Shown piece by piece: positions 46,484-56,557 of a stretch of DNA of 64,000 nucleotides. Position 1 is the first letter of the stretch. Each line of letters opens with the position of its first letter. The position numbers and the translations under genes are program-made. Origin of the DNA: a virus (lineage: Duplodnaviria > Caudoviricetes); the IMG/VR virus record IMGVR_UViG_3300032030_000076, positions 3,038-67,037 of that record. One strand, given 5' to 3'. Below the pieces are notes generated by a model. The model saw only the letters and a list, made by a program, of their open reading frames with translations, did not search any database and was not told the origin of the DNA.

Positions 46484-49400
46484 CTATTCACCGAGGATTC
46501 GCAACACCTGCGCTTGCAAGCGCAACCGTTCCTTGCGATGGCTGTCGCGTTGCTTCTTGCCTATCGGCATCTTCGGCTCGACCCACTTCTTCCCGCTCTT
46601 GATCTCGCCGCGCTCCAGATGCGTAAGTTCCTTGATGCGGTCGACGAGCTTATCCACTCGGCCTTTTTCTGCCGTAAGGTACGGACGCGCGCGCTTCAGC
46701 TCGCGTCGGCGCCCGGCGTCTTTCGTGCCCTTGAACTCCGCCTTGTCCTTCTCGTAGCCGTCCAGCGCGTCGAAGTAGCGCGAGGTGGACTCTGGATATT
46801 CGCGGACAAGGCGGCGCACAATCGGCATGTCAGTCAGAAGCCTGTCCGTGTCGCCTCCCTTCGCGGCATGGTAAAGGTTCTGTACAGTGGAATACGCGTT
46901 CCCGACGTCTCTTCCGAACCCGCCCCAGATGAACTCCCACACGAGCTGTGCGTCCTCCGGCGCGATGTCGATCTTTCCCTTGCGCAAGCTGTTGCCGCCG
47001 GAAAGGGCGTTGACCGCCTGCGTCAGCTTCTGGTACGGCCACGGCGTGTTGCGCTTCCCGTTCCACGACTTCGGCGCGTTCTTGTCGAACGACAGCTTCA
47101 CGCGCTCGTCGCCCTTGTAGTTCTTTCCGCTCGCAAGCTGGATGATCGGGTCGATCGCTGACGGCGCGACGGACTGCCCGAGCAAGTTCCAGTCCAGCTC
47201 GCCCTTGTCGTTTATCATCCCGTTGCCGCCGACGAGATCGGTTATCTGGTCGGTCAGCTCGCGCGGCAGGGCGGCCAGCGCGTCCTCCGGCTTCGTCTCG
47301 CCGAGGATCACGTTCGTCGCGGTCTGCGCGAGGTACGGAAGCGCGGCATACGGGCCACGGAACCGCAGCAGGGGCATCTGGCGTCCCCAACCGACGGGAA
47401 TGCCGACGTTGTGCTTCTTGTCGTATTCGCTCATGTTGCGCGCGTTGCGCCCGCCCTTGCGCTCGCGGTCGTCGTCGTTGCCGCCGAAGTGGTCGATGAC
47501 AGCCTTCGCGGCGCCGATGCCGACGAGCAGCGCGATGAAGTCGCCGCGCATCTTGTGCCTGCCCCAGCCGCTTCCGTCGTCTGGAAGGTCCTGCACGGAT
47601 TCCTTGCCCGCCTGCACCGCGCGCGCCGCGCCCTGCACCGACGCGTTCGCGAACATGTACAGTCCGTTGACGATGGGCATGAACGACCCCTTGCGGTTGA
47701 AGTCCACGGTCGCCTCGCGGGCGAACTTGACGGCCTCGTTGACCGGCACTCCCTTGTTGTGGATGGCGGAGAACAGCCCGATGCGCGTGGAATACTCCAT
47801 GAACTCGTTCGCCGCCGCGATGAAGTCCTTGCCGCTCTCCCACGCCCACTTCGCCTTGTCTCCGGCTGACATCTTCCAGAAGCTTTCCGCGCTGCGGCGG
47901 AGCTTGTCGAGCCGCAGGCGCACGTCCTGCTCATTGCCCTCGAAGCCCGCCGACGCGACGCCGCCCTTCGTGAGCAGTCCAGCCTTGATGGCCTTCTTCA
48001 CGTCGCCTCGCAGCTCGCCGCGCCGCACGTACCGCCACACGTCCTTCGCGTTGCGTATCTCCGCCGCGACCGCCTTCGCGAACGCCGTAGCGCCGTCCCA
48101 CACGCCGTACCGGCCCATGAGCGCCTGCGCGGCCTCAAGGCTGTCGGCGATGTAGTTGCTGACAGAGAACTCCGGCGAGTATTGCGTGCGCATCGCGCTC
48201 ATCCAGTGCGTGACGGCTGGCACCTTGGAGAGAATGCCGTCGCCCCACGTCTCCACGTTGTCGCCCTTGAACGACCTCATGAAGTCGCGCCCTCGCCCGT
48301 TTACGCCCTTGTCGACGCGGATGGCGTAGAGCTTGCCGTCGCGCTTGAAGAGCTGGATGTCCTCGCGCTCGTCCGCCATCTGCATCCCGGCGTTGGCCTT
48401 CACCTTGTCCGCGTCGCTGAACGTGAACACGTAGTCCGAGCCGTGGTGCGCCTCGTCGATGCCCTCGACGATCTCGCCGATGTGCAGGCCCTGCGCCTCC
48501 GCCCATTCGACGAGGTTCGCGAGGACGTTCGCCGTCTCGTTGCGGATGGATCCGCGTATGCCCTGCTCCGCCTGCAAGAGCGACGCCGCGACCGGCGAGT
48601 CCGCGATGTCCGCCGTCCCGCGCCCGAACGCCTTCATGAACTCGCTGCGCCTCGGGCCTGCGGTCGAGGAGTTGAGGAGCCCCGGCTCAAGCTGCTCCAC
48701 GTCCGTCTTGAGCGGAACGTAGTTGCTCCATTGGTAGAGGTAGTAGTTCGCCTCGGAAGGGGAGAGCTTGCCGGATTCGAGGCGGCGGCGGATGTCGTCG
48801 CGGTTGATGTCGACGAGCGCGCGCTGGGCGTTCTTCATGTGGCGGAACCTGGCGCGGCCGTACTTGGCCTCAAGCTCGGCGATGATGTCGTTGGCGACGT
48901 TCGCGGAAAGCCCGACGCGCGCGCCGTTGCGCACGATCTCGCCCATTCCGTAGGAATAGTCGTCGTCCGGCGTGACGCCGTTGCGCCGCGCAATCGTGTC
49001 GTTGCGTTCCTTCGCGTGCTTGCATTGCGCGTAGAGATCGAGGTCTTGCAGCAGCTCCTCGGACGACTGGCCGTCGAGCCTCGCGCCGTTGAGGGCGCGC
49101 GCCATCGTGTCGACCTTGCGCTGCAACCCGCGTGTCTCGTGCTCCACGCGCCCGTTCGCCTTCTGCAACGCGGCGGCGACGTCGGTCGATTTCGTCCAGT
49201 CCGTGTAGCCGTCGGACGCGCGAATCTCCTCCTTCACGCCGGGAATCTCGTCCTGCACGTCCTTGATCGGCGCGTGGCTGTCGAGGAAGTGTTCGCGCGC
49301 CTTCTCGGTGCCGGTGCGCACGTCGTCCATGATGTTGGAGCCAGCGGGCGCGGGCGCGCGGGCCGTGCGGACGGAGGTCGCCTCCGGCTCGAGTTCGGAC

Positions 49401-52400
49401 GCTCCGCCAGCTCCATCACTAGTTTCAAGAAGGCCGAGCGTCCTGCCCTCCGCCATCGTCCTGTCAAGAAACTCGTTGAACTGCTCCGGCGTCATCCTGT
49501 CGATGCCCGACAAATCTGCGCGGTTAAGGCCCATCCGCGCAAGCAGGCCCTTCCACGCGGCCTTGATCGCGTCCCACGCGCGGTTGTACCACTGCCGTCC
49601 CTGCAATGTCTTGACGAAATCCTTCAGCACGGGCGACTCGCGCCCCTCGCGGATCGCGGCCCATATCTCGTCGCGGAGCGTCGCCTCGTCCGCGCCGGGG
49701 TAGCGGCTCTTCACGTTGTCCACGAGCGCCTGCGGCGCGCTGTCGATGATCGCGTTGATCCTGTCGAGAAGGGCGCGGTTGCCGCGCGCGGCCTCCTGCT
49801 CCGCGAAGCGCAGCGTCGCGTGACCGCCAAGCTCGTGGTCGAGCGTCTTCCAGTTCGCGCCGCGAAAGAGGGTCAGCTCGCCCGTCGCGCGGTTGAAGGT
49901 ACCGAGGACGCGGCCGCCGCCGTCAGAAAGTTGCCTCGCGCCCTCGCCGCCGTCCCTCGCGGGGTCGAACGCCCTGTCCTTGACCGACACCTTCAGCCCC
50001 GGCAGCATCCTCTTCGCGACGGACGCGAGCCACGTCGCGACCTTCAGCTCGTACCGCTGGCGCAACGGCTCCGCGTCCTTCGCCTTGCGTTGCTTGAGCC
50101 ACCGCTGGTAGTCTGCGTCGGCGGCGAAGCGCGCGGCGCGCGCGGCGGGGGATTCCTGCTCTACAATGCGGCTTGCGCGGATGTTCACCTCGTCCACATC
50201 CATTCCGTTCGCCTTGTCCTCCGCACGGCCTCTGCGCACCGCCTCTCGCTCCGCCGCAGTCAGCGTCCTCTTCATTCCTGACGCCGCGATGTCTCTTGTC
50301 TGCACCGTTATGTTCTCCACCTTCGGGGGAATGTACGGCACCCTGTTCGCCGTGCGCCGCTGGACGGTCGCCGTGCCGTCGCCGTTGTCCTTCACGAACG
50401 TGACCGCGCCGTACTGGCCGTCCGCGCCGCGAAGCATCACCGTGTCGCCGCGCTTGAACGTGGATGGGGATTGCGCGACGGCGGATTGCGCGGAAACAGA
50501 CCGCGCATCTTCGCTTGTCGCCTGCGGGGCGACATCGGCAGACTGGCGCTTTACGCCGACAATATCCTTGCGCGGGAAAGTCAACTCCGCGTCACCGCCC
50601 ATCCCGCCTCTTGACAATATCTTTACGTTCTTTGGCCCAACGCTTATTACCTCGCCCTCGTAAAGCATTGTGTTTCTGTCGTTCTTGATCGCGACAACAG
50701 CGCCCTTGACGACATTGCCTTTTGACGGACTGGCGAATCCGTCCATCTCGGTCCTTCGCCCGTTCAAGTCTGTCCATGTCGAGTTTTCCGCCGATTCCGT
50801 GGCCTGCGCCGCTTCAGCGCCGTCCGCCGTCTCGGTTGCCCGCGTTTCGTCCTGTGCGCTTGCAGACGCGGTTTCGCGCATCTGTGACGGGCTTGCCGCC
50901 TCGTGCCTCTTCTCGAAGTCCGTTACGGCCCTGTACGCCTTGCCGCCGTCGTCGCCCTCCACGTTCAGCGCGGCGTCGATGAGGTCTGCGTATTCCTTCG
51001 CTTCCGCGTCCGTGAGCCTGTCCGCCCACGCGGGAAGCGCCTCGCCGTCGGCCCACTCCGCGTAGACGCTGGCAAGGCGTTCGCGCGCGCCCGGCGCGGC
51101 GTTGCCCGCCTGCGCTCCGCCCTGCTCCGTCTGCCTCTGCGTCCTGCTGAAAAGGTCTTCGCCCTCCGCGCCGCCAAGGTCAAGAAGGGTCTGCCCCGTC
51201 TCGCCCGCGCTTCCGCGAAGTTCCGCTTCCTGACGCCGCTTGATTTCCTCGCGTTGCGCCTGCATATCCCGCTCACGCTTCAACTGCTCCGGCGTCGCCG
51301 ATTCTAGCGCGAAGTCCGGCGCGGCCTGTTCTCTCCTCGCCTGCTCGTCGGCCTCGCGCGCCTCGGCCTCTATCGCCTCGCGCTCGGCCCTGTCCCATGC
51401 CTCTTCCTGCCGCTCGATCGCCGCGTCCTCCTCAGCCTCGGCATCGCTGGCCGCATCATGTTCAGACGCGCGTCTCGCAAGCTTGTCGTCCGTGTAGGCG
51501 GCGGCTTCCTCGTCGCGCTCCCTTGAAACGGTCTTTTCCTCGCGGGCGGCGTTGCGCTTGTTCGCCGCCCATTCAGCGTATTTCCTGCGCGTCTCCAGAA
51601 ACCAGTTCACGACGGCTTCCGGCCCTTCGCGCTCGATCATGTTCTCGACGTACGCCTGCAAGTCGGACGGCATGTTCTCGGTCAGCGCGTCGTTCGTGCC
51701 GGTTCGCGGCCTCATGCCGAACAGCGAGATGTAGTCGCCGCGACGGTTCTTCCTGGCGTTGCCGTCTAGGAATCCAGCAATCCAGTCGGCAAGCGTGTCT
51801 GCCGCTCCCTTCGGCGGAATCTTCAAAAGTCCGCCGTTGTCACGCGCGAACCGCAGAAGAGCCGCGCCCATCTGGTCGCCCGTGCCGCCGTCGTCTGGAT
51901 GCGCCGCGTAGTCCTCGTAGGAATACCCGCGCAGGTTCTGTCCGCGCCGCGTCTTCGGCCTTACCACTCCCGCAGTCTGCGCTTCTGCTCCCTGCGCCTC
52001 TCCCTGCTCTGGTCGCGGTTCTTCGACCGCTTCCGGTCGCTCCGCTCCCTGTTCGGGTTGCGCTGGTGCTTCAGCGGTTCCATTCCCTGTCTCATCTGGA
52101 TTCTCCTGTATCGATTGTGTCGGTTCCTGTTCGTTCTCTCCGCGATGGCGGAAGTTGACCGCGCCCAAGTTCCGGCGCAGACGGTTCGGCCTGTCTATTG
52201 GCTCGGCAGTCTCTACTTCGTTCTGTACCGGCGCGGGAGATTCCGCAACCTCCTCCGCCGTCTCGCCACGATGCCTGAAGTTCACCGCCGCGAGATTTCG
52301 GCGCAGACGATTCAGACGTTCGACGACAGGCGGCTCCGCCGCCGCTTCCGTCACCGTCTCCGTTTCCGCCCCGTTTTCGCCCTCTGGCGCGTCCGCCGCT

Positions 52401-54202
52401 TCGGGCGTCTCCTCGCCCGCCTCTTCCGATCCGCGCGTTCCTGGGGCTTCCGTGGCGGCTTCCGTGGCGTTCTGCGCCTGCTGTTGCTCCGCCGCCTCGT
52501 CAGCGGACATGAAGTCAGCCGCGCGGTTCTCGCTCGCAACCCGCATCTGTTCCTCCGCCGACGGGTTCTCCGTCCTCGTCCCGCCCTCGTCGAACATCGC
52601 GAGCGCGGCGTCGCGGAAATCGTCTACCTCGCGCTTGCCCTTGGCGATGGTGTCCACGAGGTCGTTGATCGCGTCCGCGCCCTTGCCGATCTTCTTCTTG
52701 ACCTGCTCTTCCGTAAGCCCGTTGACGTACGCGTCGAACGCCGCCCACTTCTCGTCCGCCGTGTAGTCCTTCAGCACGTCCTTGTCGATGCCCGCGCTCT
52801 CCGCGAGGATGTTGTCTATCGGCTTCGACCTGATCCTGTCGCTGACGTGCGCCATGCCGCCGCCGAGAATCTGGATGAGCAGCATCGACTCCGCGAGATT
52901 CTTCAGCGATTCGGGCTTGAAGAACTCCTTCGCCGCTTCTGCGCCACGCCGGAGCGCGTTGCCTTCCTTCTCGCTTTCGCGCCGGTCGATGCCAAGCGCG
53001 GCGTCGAAGATGTTGTCCTCCAGCTCTTCAATCGTCTCCTCCGGCATCCCTTGCAGGCCCGTCGCCTTGCCGAAGCGCCGCATGTTCTTTCCGTACCTCG
53101 ACAGCGCCTTGCCGACAGCCGTCTCCGCAATCTTGTCACCGACCGACTTCACGAGAGGAATCTTGCCGAGCGTCGCTCCGGCGATGCCGCCGAGCGCCTT
53201 CGTCGCGAGCGTGCCGCCGACCAGCTCGATCGCAGGCTCGACGATACCCCGCGCAACGCCCTTCGCGACGGCGGCGCCGGTCGAATCGCGCTGCGCCGCG
53301 ACTCGCACGTTGCCGTCAGCGTCCATCTCGTAGCGGTCGCTCGCCATCTCCTGCCCGCGCTCCGCGCCGCCGATGAGGCCCGCCATCACGCCGTGCGCGC
53401 CTGGAAGCGCGAACGGGATCATGTAGGAGCCGGTCTGCACCAGTCCGCCCACAAGCCCCGCCTGCGCCTGCTTCTCGCGCCCTTGCAGCTCCGCCCGCGC
53501 CGCTTGCTTCTCGCGCTCGTTCTGGAGCGTGATGTCCCGCGCCCTCTCCTGCGCGAAGCGGACGCGCGCCGCCTTGCGCGCCGCCGGATCGGCGATCCTC
53601 GCGCCGTCCGTCCTATCCCACTCCTGCATCACGCCCTCGTCGCTCCTCGCCCACGGGCCGAGGAACCGCTTGAACCACGCGCCCGCGCCGTTCCAGCCAG
53701 CCGCGTCCACGAGATAGTCCAGCTCGCTGTCGGGCAGTTCCGTCAGCGGCACGTCCTTCCCGTCCTTGCGCACCGTCCCGCGCAGGATGTCCTGCAAGTT
53801 CATCTCGACGTTCTTCTCGGCGACCCTGCCGGAAGTATTGTGAGAGACGCCTGCCCACAGGTTCTTCAGCCACGCTGACACGGAGCCGTCCGCGCGATCC
53901 GCGACCGGCGCGCCGCTCGCCTGCGCCTCCAGCGCGACCTTCTCGACGCCGCCCATCGCGTCGTCGCCCGCGAAGTCATCCGGGCGCATCGGCGCGCCCG
54001 CGTTGCCGACATGCTGGCTGTTCGCCGAAATATAGGCATCGAGCTCTTCGTCCGAGAACTTGGAGAAGTCCGGCGACGCGGACTGCCCGGCGACGGCAGG
54101 TTGCGCTGGCACCGCGTCCACAGGTTCGGCCCCGCCCTGCGGACTGTTCGCCGCGATATACGCGTCAAGCTCCTCGTCGGTATACTTGGAAAAGTCTTCC
54201 AT
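46484..54202 (-). CDS. Giant polyvalent ejection/internal virion protein (2572 aa) with metallopeptidase-like and LPD38-like domains
   Basis: GTFNRATGELTLF...DHELGGHATL zincin-like motif; C-terminal AREATVDFNRKG...YMFANASVQG and LPD38-like tail; last gene of the virion operon. Confidence 0.75.
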   Translation of the reverse strand: MEDFSKYTDEELDAYIAANSPQGGAEPVDAVPAQPAVAGQSASPDFSKFSDEELDAYISANSQHVGNAGAPMRPDDFAGDDAMGGVEKVALEAQASGAPVADRADGSVSAWLKNLWAGVSHNTSGRVAEKNVEMNLQDILRGTVRKDGKDVPLTELPDSELDYLVDAAGWNGAGAWFKRFLGPWARSDEGVMQEWDRTDGARIADPAARKAARVRFAQERARDITLQNEREKQAARAELQGREKQAQAGLVGGLVQTGSYMIPFALPGAHGVMAGLIGGAERGQEMASDRYEMDADGNVRVAAQRDSTGAAVAKGVARGIVEPAIELVGGTLATKALGGIAGATLGKIPLVKSVGDKIAETAVGKALSRYGKNMRRFGKATGLQGMPEETIEELEDNIFDAALGIDRRESEKEGNALRRGAEAAKEFFKPESLKNLAESMLLIQILGGGMAHVSDRIRSKPIDNILAESAGIDKDVLKDYTADEKWAAFDAYVNGLTEEQVKKKIGKGADAINDLVDTIAKGKREVDDFRDAALAMFDEGGTRTENPSAEEQMRVASENRAADFMSADEAAEQQQAQNATEAATEAPGTRGSEEAGEETPEAADAPEGENGAETETVTEAAAEPPVVERLNRLRRNLAAVNFRHRGETAEEVAESPAPVQNEVETAEPIDRPNRLRRNLGAVNFRHRGENEQEPTQSIQENPDETGNGTAEAPAQPEQGAERPEAVEEPRPEQGEAQGAEAQTAGVVRPKTRRGQNLRGYSYEDYAAHPDDGGTGDQMGAALLRFARDNGGLLKIPPKGAADTLADWIAGFLDGNARKNRRGDYISLFGMRPRTGTNDALTENMPSDLQAYVENMIEREGPEAVVNWFLETRRKYAEWAANKRNAAREEKTVSRERDEEAAAYTDDKLARRASEHDAASDAEAEEDAAIERQEEAWDRAEREAIEAEAREADEQARREQAAPDFALESATPEQLKRERDMQAQREEIKRRQEAELRGSAGETGQTLLDLGGAEGEDLFSRTQRQTEQGGAQAGNAAPGARERLASVYAEWADGEALPAWADRLTDAEAKEYADLIDAALNVEGDDGGKAYRAVTDFEKRHEAASPSQMRETASASAQDETRATETADGAEAAQATESAENSTWTDLNGRRTEMDGFASPSKGNVVKGAVVAIKNDRNTMLYEGEVISVGPKNVKILSRGGMGGDAELTFPRKDIVGVKRQSADVAPQATSEDARSVSAQSAVAQSPSTFKRGDTVMLRGADGQYGAVTFVKDNGDGTATVQRRTANRVPYIPPKVENITVQTRDIAASGMKRTLTAAEREAVRRGRAEDKANGMDVDEVNIRASRIVEQESPAARAARFAADADYQRWLKQRKAKDAEPLRQRYELKVATWLASVAKRMLPGLKVSVKDRAFDPARDGGEGARQLSDGGGRVLGTFNRATGELTLFRGANWKTLDHELGGHATLRFAEQEAARGNRALLDRINAIIDSAPQALVDNVKSRYPGADEATLRDEIWAAIREGRESPVLKDFVKTLQGRQWYNRAWDAIKAAWKGLLARMGLNRADLSGIDRMTPEQFNEFLDRTMAEGRTLGLLETSDGAGGASELEPEATSVRTARAPAPAGSNIMDDVRTGTEKAREHFLDSHAPIKDVQDEIPGVKEEIRASDGYTDWTKSTDVAAALQKANGRVEHETRGLQRKVDTMARALNGARLDGQSSEELLQDLDLYAQCKHAKERNDTIARRNGVTPDDDYSYGMGEIVRNGARVGLSANVANDIIAELEAKYGRARFRHMKNAQRALVDINRDDIRRRLESGKLSPSEANYYLYQWSNYVPLKTDVEQLEPGLLNSSTAGPRRSEFMKAFGRGTADIADSPVAASLLQAEQGIRGSIRNETANVLANLVEWAEAQGLHIGEIVEGIDEAHHGSDYVFTFSDADKVKANAGMQMADEREDIQLFKRDGKLYAIRVDKGVNGRGRDFMRSFKGDNVETWGDGILSKVPAVTHWMSAMRTQYSPEFSVSNYIADSLEAAQALMGRYGVWDGATAFAKAVAAEIRNAKDVWRYVRRGELRGDVKKAIKAGLLTKGGVASAGFEGNEQDVRLRLDKLRRSAESFWKMSAGDKAKWAWESGKDFIAAANEFMEYSTRIGLFSAIHNKGVPVNEAVKFAREATVDFNRKGSFMPIVNGLYMFANASVQGAARAVQAGKESVQDLPDDGSGWGRHKMRGDFIALLVGIGAAKAVIDHFGGNDDDRERKGGRNARNMSEYDKKHNVGIPVGWGRQMPLLRFRGPYAALPYLAQTATNVILGETKPEDALAALPRELTDQITDLVGGNGMINDKGELDWNLLGQSVAPSAIDPIIQLASGKNYKGDERVKLSFDKNAPKSWNGKRNTPWPYQKLTQAVNALSGGNSLRKGKIDIAPEDAQLVWEFIWGGFGRDVGNAYSTVQNLYHAAKGGDTDRLLTDMPIVRRLVREYPESTSRYFDALDGYEKDKAEFKGTKDAGRRRELKRARPYLTAEKGRVDKLVDRIKELTHLERGEIKSGKKWVEPKMPIGKKQRDSHRKERLRLQAQVLRILGE

Positions 54203-54217
54203 CGTGGATCCTTGTGA

Positions 54218-56539
54218 TTAGTCGTTGCCGAACGGGTACATGGATTTCATTATTCCCATCGACTTCTTTATGGCCTTCTTTTCCTCTTCCGTTGGTTCAG
54301 ACGTAAGGGCGTTCCACGCCTTGTCCATGAACCATGCGGCTATCCTTCCGGCAGTCTCTCCGCCTTTTGCCAATCCGTTCTTGATCGTGGCCCAATGCGC
54401 TGCGTTTCTCTCGTCGACGCCTTTCTGCCACTCCTCGTAATCGCGCTTGCGGCGTTCCGCTGGAGTCAGTTCCGTTGCGGGCTTCGCGACGGGCTTGCGG
54501 AGCTTGGCATTCCGTCCGGAATCGGTCTTGCCGTTTTGCGCCGTGCCGCCGGGTTCCTTGGGAGCGAGGGTTTCGATCTCCTTCTCTAGTTCGGCGTCTG
54601 GATTGACCACGGCATCTATCGCCGCCTGGATGTCGGCCCAATCGTCATCGTCGATAGTGGGCTGCGCCGACGACTCGACCGGCTTCTGCGGAACACTTGC
54701 AACGGGTGTCGCCGCAGTGGCTTTTGCCGCTTGCGCCGCGCCGCCCTGCGCCTGTTGCGTCTGCTGCTGCCTCGCGGCTTCACGCCTCCTGCGCTCCTCG
54801 ACCGCGCGCTGCACGTCCTGCGGCGTCGCCCGTTGCGTGGCTTGCGTCGCCGCGCCGCCCTGCGCCGGTTGCGTTGCGCCCTGCGCGGGGGGCTGGCCGC
54901 CGCCCCGCATCTGCTGGAGAAGCGCGGCGCCGTCATGCGCGGGAGGCTGGCCGTCATTTGCAAACACGCTCTGACCGTTCGCAAGGCGCATCTTAGCGAA
55001 GTCTACCGCCGCTTTCACAATGTCGTTTGGAACAGGCTTGTTGTTCGGAATGATGTCGTTCACCATCAATTCCTGCTGCGCCTTCGTCAGCGTAGGCACA
55101 AGCGTTGGGATGTCAATTTCCTTCCCGTCAAAGTTCACGCCTATCGTGTATTCCGTCGCGACTCCACCATTCGGCAACTTCAGTTCACCAAGCCAACCCG
55201 TGCCCTTGTATGTCTTGCCGTCGTTACGAAGGCCGTACCGCCCAGCCCCGCCCTGCGACCCTTGCGCCTCGGCGGCGGGCTCCGGCCTCGGCATCTCCTC
55301 GTACCGAGTCTCGCCCGTCGCCGCATCGTACCGCGCCGTCATCGGCGTCGCGCCCTGCACATCGTAGCCGTTCGCGTCGTACACCTTGCCGTCGCGAATC
55401 CAGCCGTTTCCGATCACGAGACGCCCGTTCGCGTCCGTATATCGCACGAGCTGCTGCGGCCCGCGCATGTTGTCGGCGCGCCGCTGGTCCTCCACGGCGT
55501 TCTGCCGCTGGCGCTGGGCGATCTCCTGCTCCTCCGGCGAGAGCTTGCGCGGCCCGTAATACTTTTCGAGGAGCGCGTCCGCCGCCGCGAGCCGCGCCTG
55601 CCAATCGTCCTGTCCGCCGTTCCCGCCGCGCGGGCCGAGATAGTGTTCGAGGTAGGCGTCGACGCTCTTCATCACATCATCGTCCGTAGCGGGCTCGTAG
55701 TCCGGGACCTCGTTCCCGTTGTCGTCCGTCGTCATCAGCGGCTTCCCGTCCTCGCCGACCCTCTGCTTGCCGTGGATTCCTGCCCTGAAGTCCTTGTTCG
55801 TGAGAAGCGCCCTCGCCGCCTCCCACCGGGGGTCCCTGCCTTCCTTCATCGCGGACTGCACGACCGTATCGATCATCTTGTCCAGCCCCGCGTTCTTCGC
55901 CTGCGACTGCCGTACCTGCGCCCCCATCGCCACGCCGGAGAAGTCCGGCACGGGAAGTTCGTTCCCGGCGTAGCCGTGCTTGTCCATGAGGGACTGTCGG
56001 AACGCCATCGTGTCCTGCTGATTGAATATCGCCCCTCCGCCGCCGAGCATCATCTGGTACTGCTCGCGCGGCTTGATGACCCTCGGAGTCCTTGTCACGC
56101 CGCCGTTAGGTCCGGCCGATAGCATGTCAATCACGAAATCGCCGTTGGACGTGTAGCCCATTCCGCCTATGGCCTGCGACTTGCCGTCCATTCCAAAGTT
56201 GCGCATCGCGCTGTCCAGCGCGTAGGCCGGGAACCTGCCGCCGTTCTGCTGCGCGATCTTCATCGCGGAAAGGATGGTCGCGTTTCCGAGGTTCGCGTTG
56301 TGCCGCTTCACGGCGGCCGCGCGACGCCCGAGCTGCGCCATGCCGTCGTACACCTGCCGTTGCGAAAGCGCGTCGTCGTAGTCCGCGCCCCACTCCTCGC
56401 GTGCCGTCATCCCTCCGAGGCTCTCCGTCCGAGAGAAGTTTCCTCTCCCGTCCGCAGAGAACGCGCTGATGGACGACCGCCGCCGCGCATATCCGTTAGG
56501 ATCTGTCCCAAAACTGCCTTCATCATCGAAAAGTGCCAT
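54218..56539 (-). CDS. Internal virion/ejection protein (773 aa)
   Basis: Ala/Gln-rich protein upstream of the giant protein. Confidence 0.6.
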   Translation of the reverse strand: MALFDDEGSFGTDPNGYARRRSSISAFSADGRGNFSRTESLGGMTAREEWGADYDDALSQRQVYDGMAQLGRRAAAVKRHNANLGNATILSAMKIAQQNGGRFPAYALDSAMRNFGMDGKSQAIGGMGYTSNGDFVIDMLSAGPNGGVTRTPRVIKPREQYQMMLGGGGAIFNQQDTMAFRQSLMDKHGYAGNELPVPDFSGVAMGAQVRQSQAKNAGLDKMIDTVVQSAMKEGRDPRWEAARALLTNKDFRAGIHGKQRVGEDGKPLMTTDDNGNEVPDYEPATDDDVMKSVDAYLEHYLGPRGGNGGQDDWQARLAAADALLEKYYGPRKLSPEEQEIAQRQRQNAVEDQRRADNMRGPQQLVRYTDANGRLVIGNGWIRDGKVYDANGYDVQGATPMTARYDAATGETRYEEMPRPEPAAEAQGSQGGAGRYGLRNDGKTYKGTGWLGELKLPNGGVATEYTIGVNFDGKEIDIPTLVPTLTKAQQELMVNDIIPNNKPVPNDIVKAAVDFAKMRLANGQSVFANDGQPPAHDGAALLQQMRGGGQPPAQGATQPAQGGAATQATQRATPQDVQRAVEERRRREAARQQQTQQAQGGAAQAAKATAATPVASVPQKPVESSAQPTIDDDDWADIQAAIDAVVNPDAELEKEIETLAPKEPGGTAQNGKTDSGRNAKLRKPVAKPATELTPAERRKRDYEEWQKGVDERNAAHWATIKNGLAKGGETAGRIAAWFMDKAWNALTSEPTEEEKKAIKKSMGIMKSMYPFGND

Positions 56540-56557
56540 GACATTTGCCTCCTGTCT

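Noticed and set aside
48182-50281. 699-aa plus-strand ORF and other long ORFs opposite the giant gene
   Set aside because: Antisense shadows with Arg/Ala-rich, non-protein-like composition.
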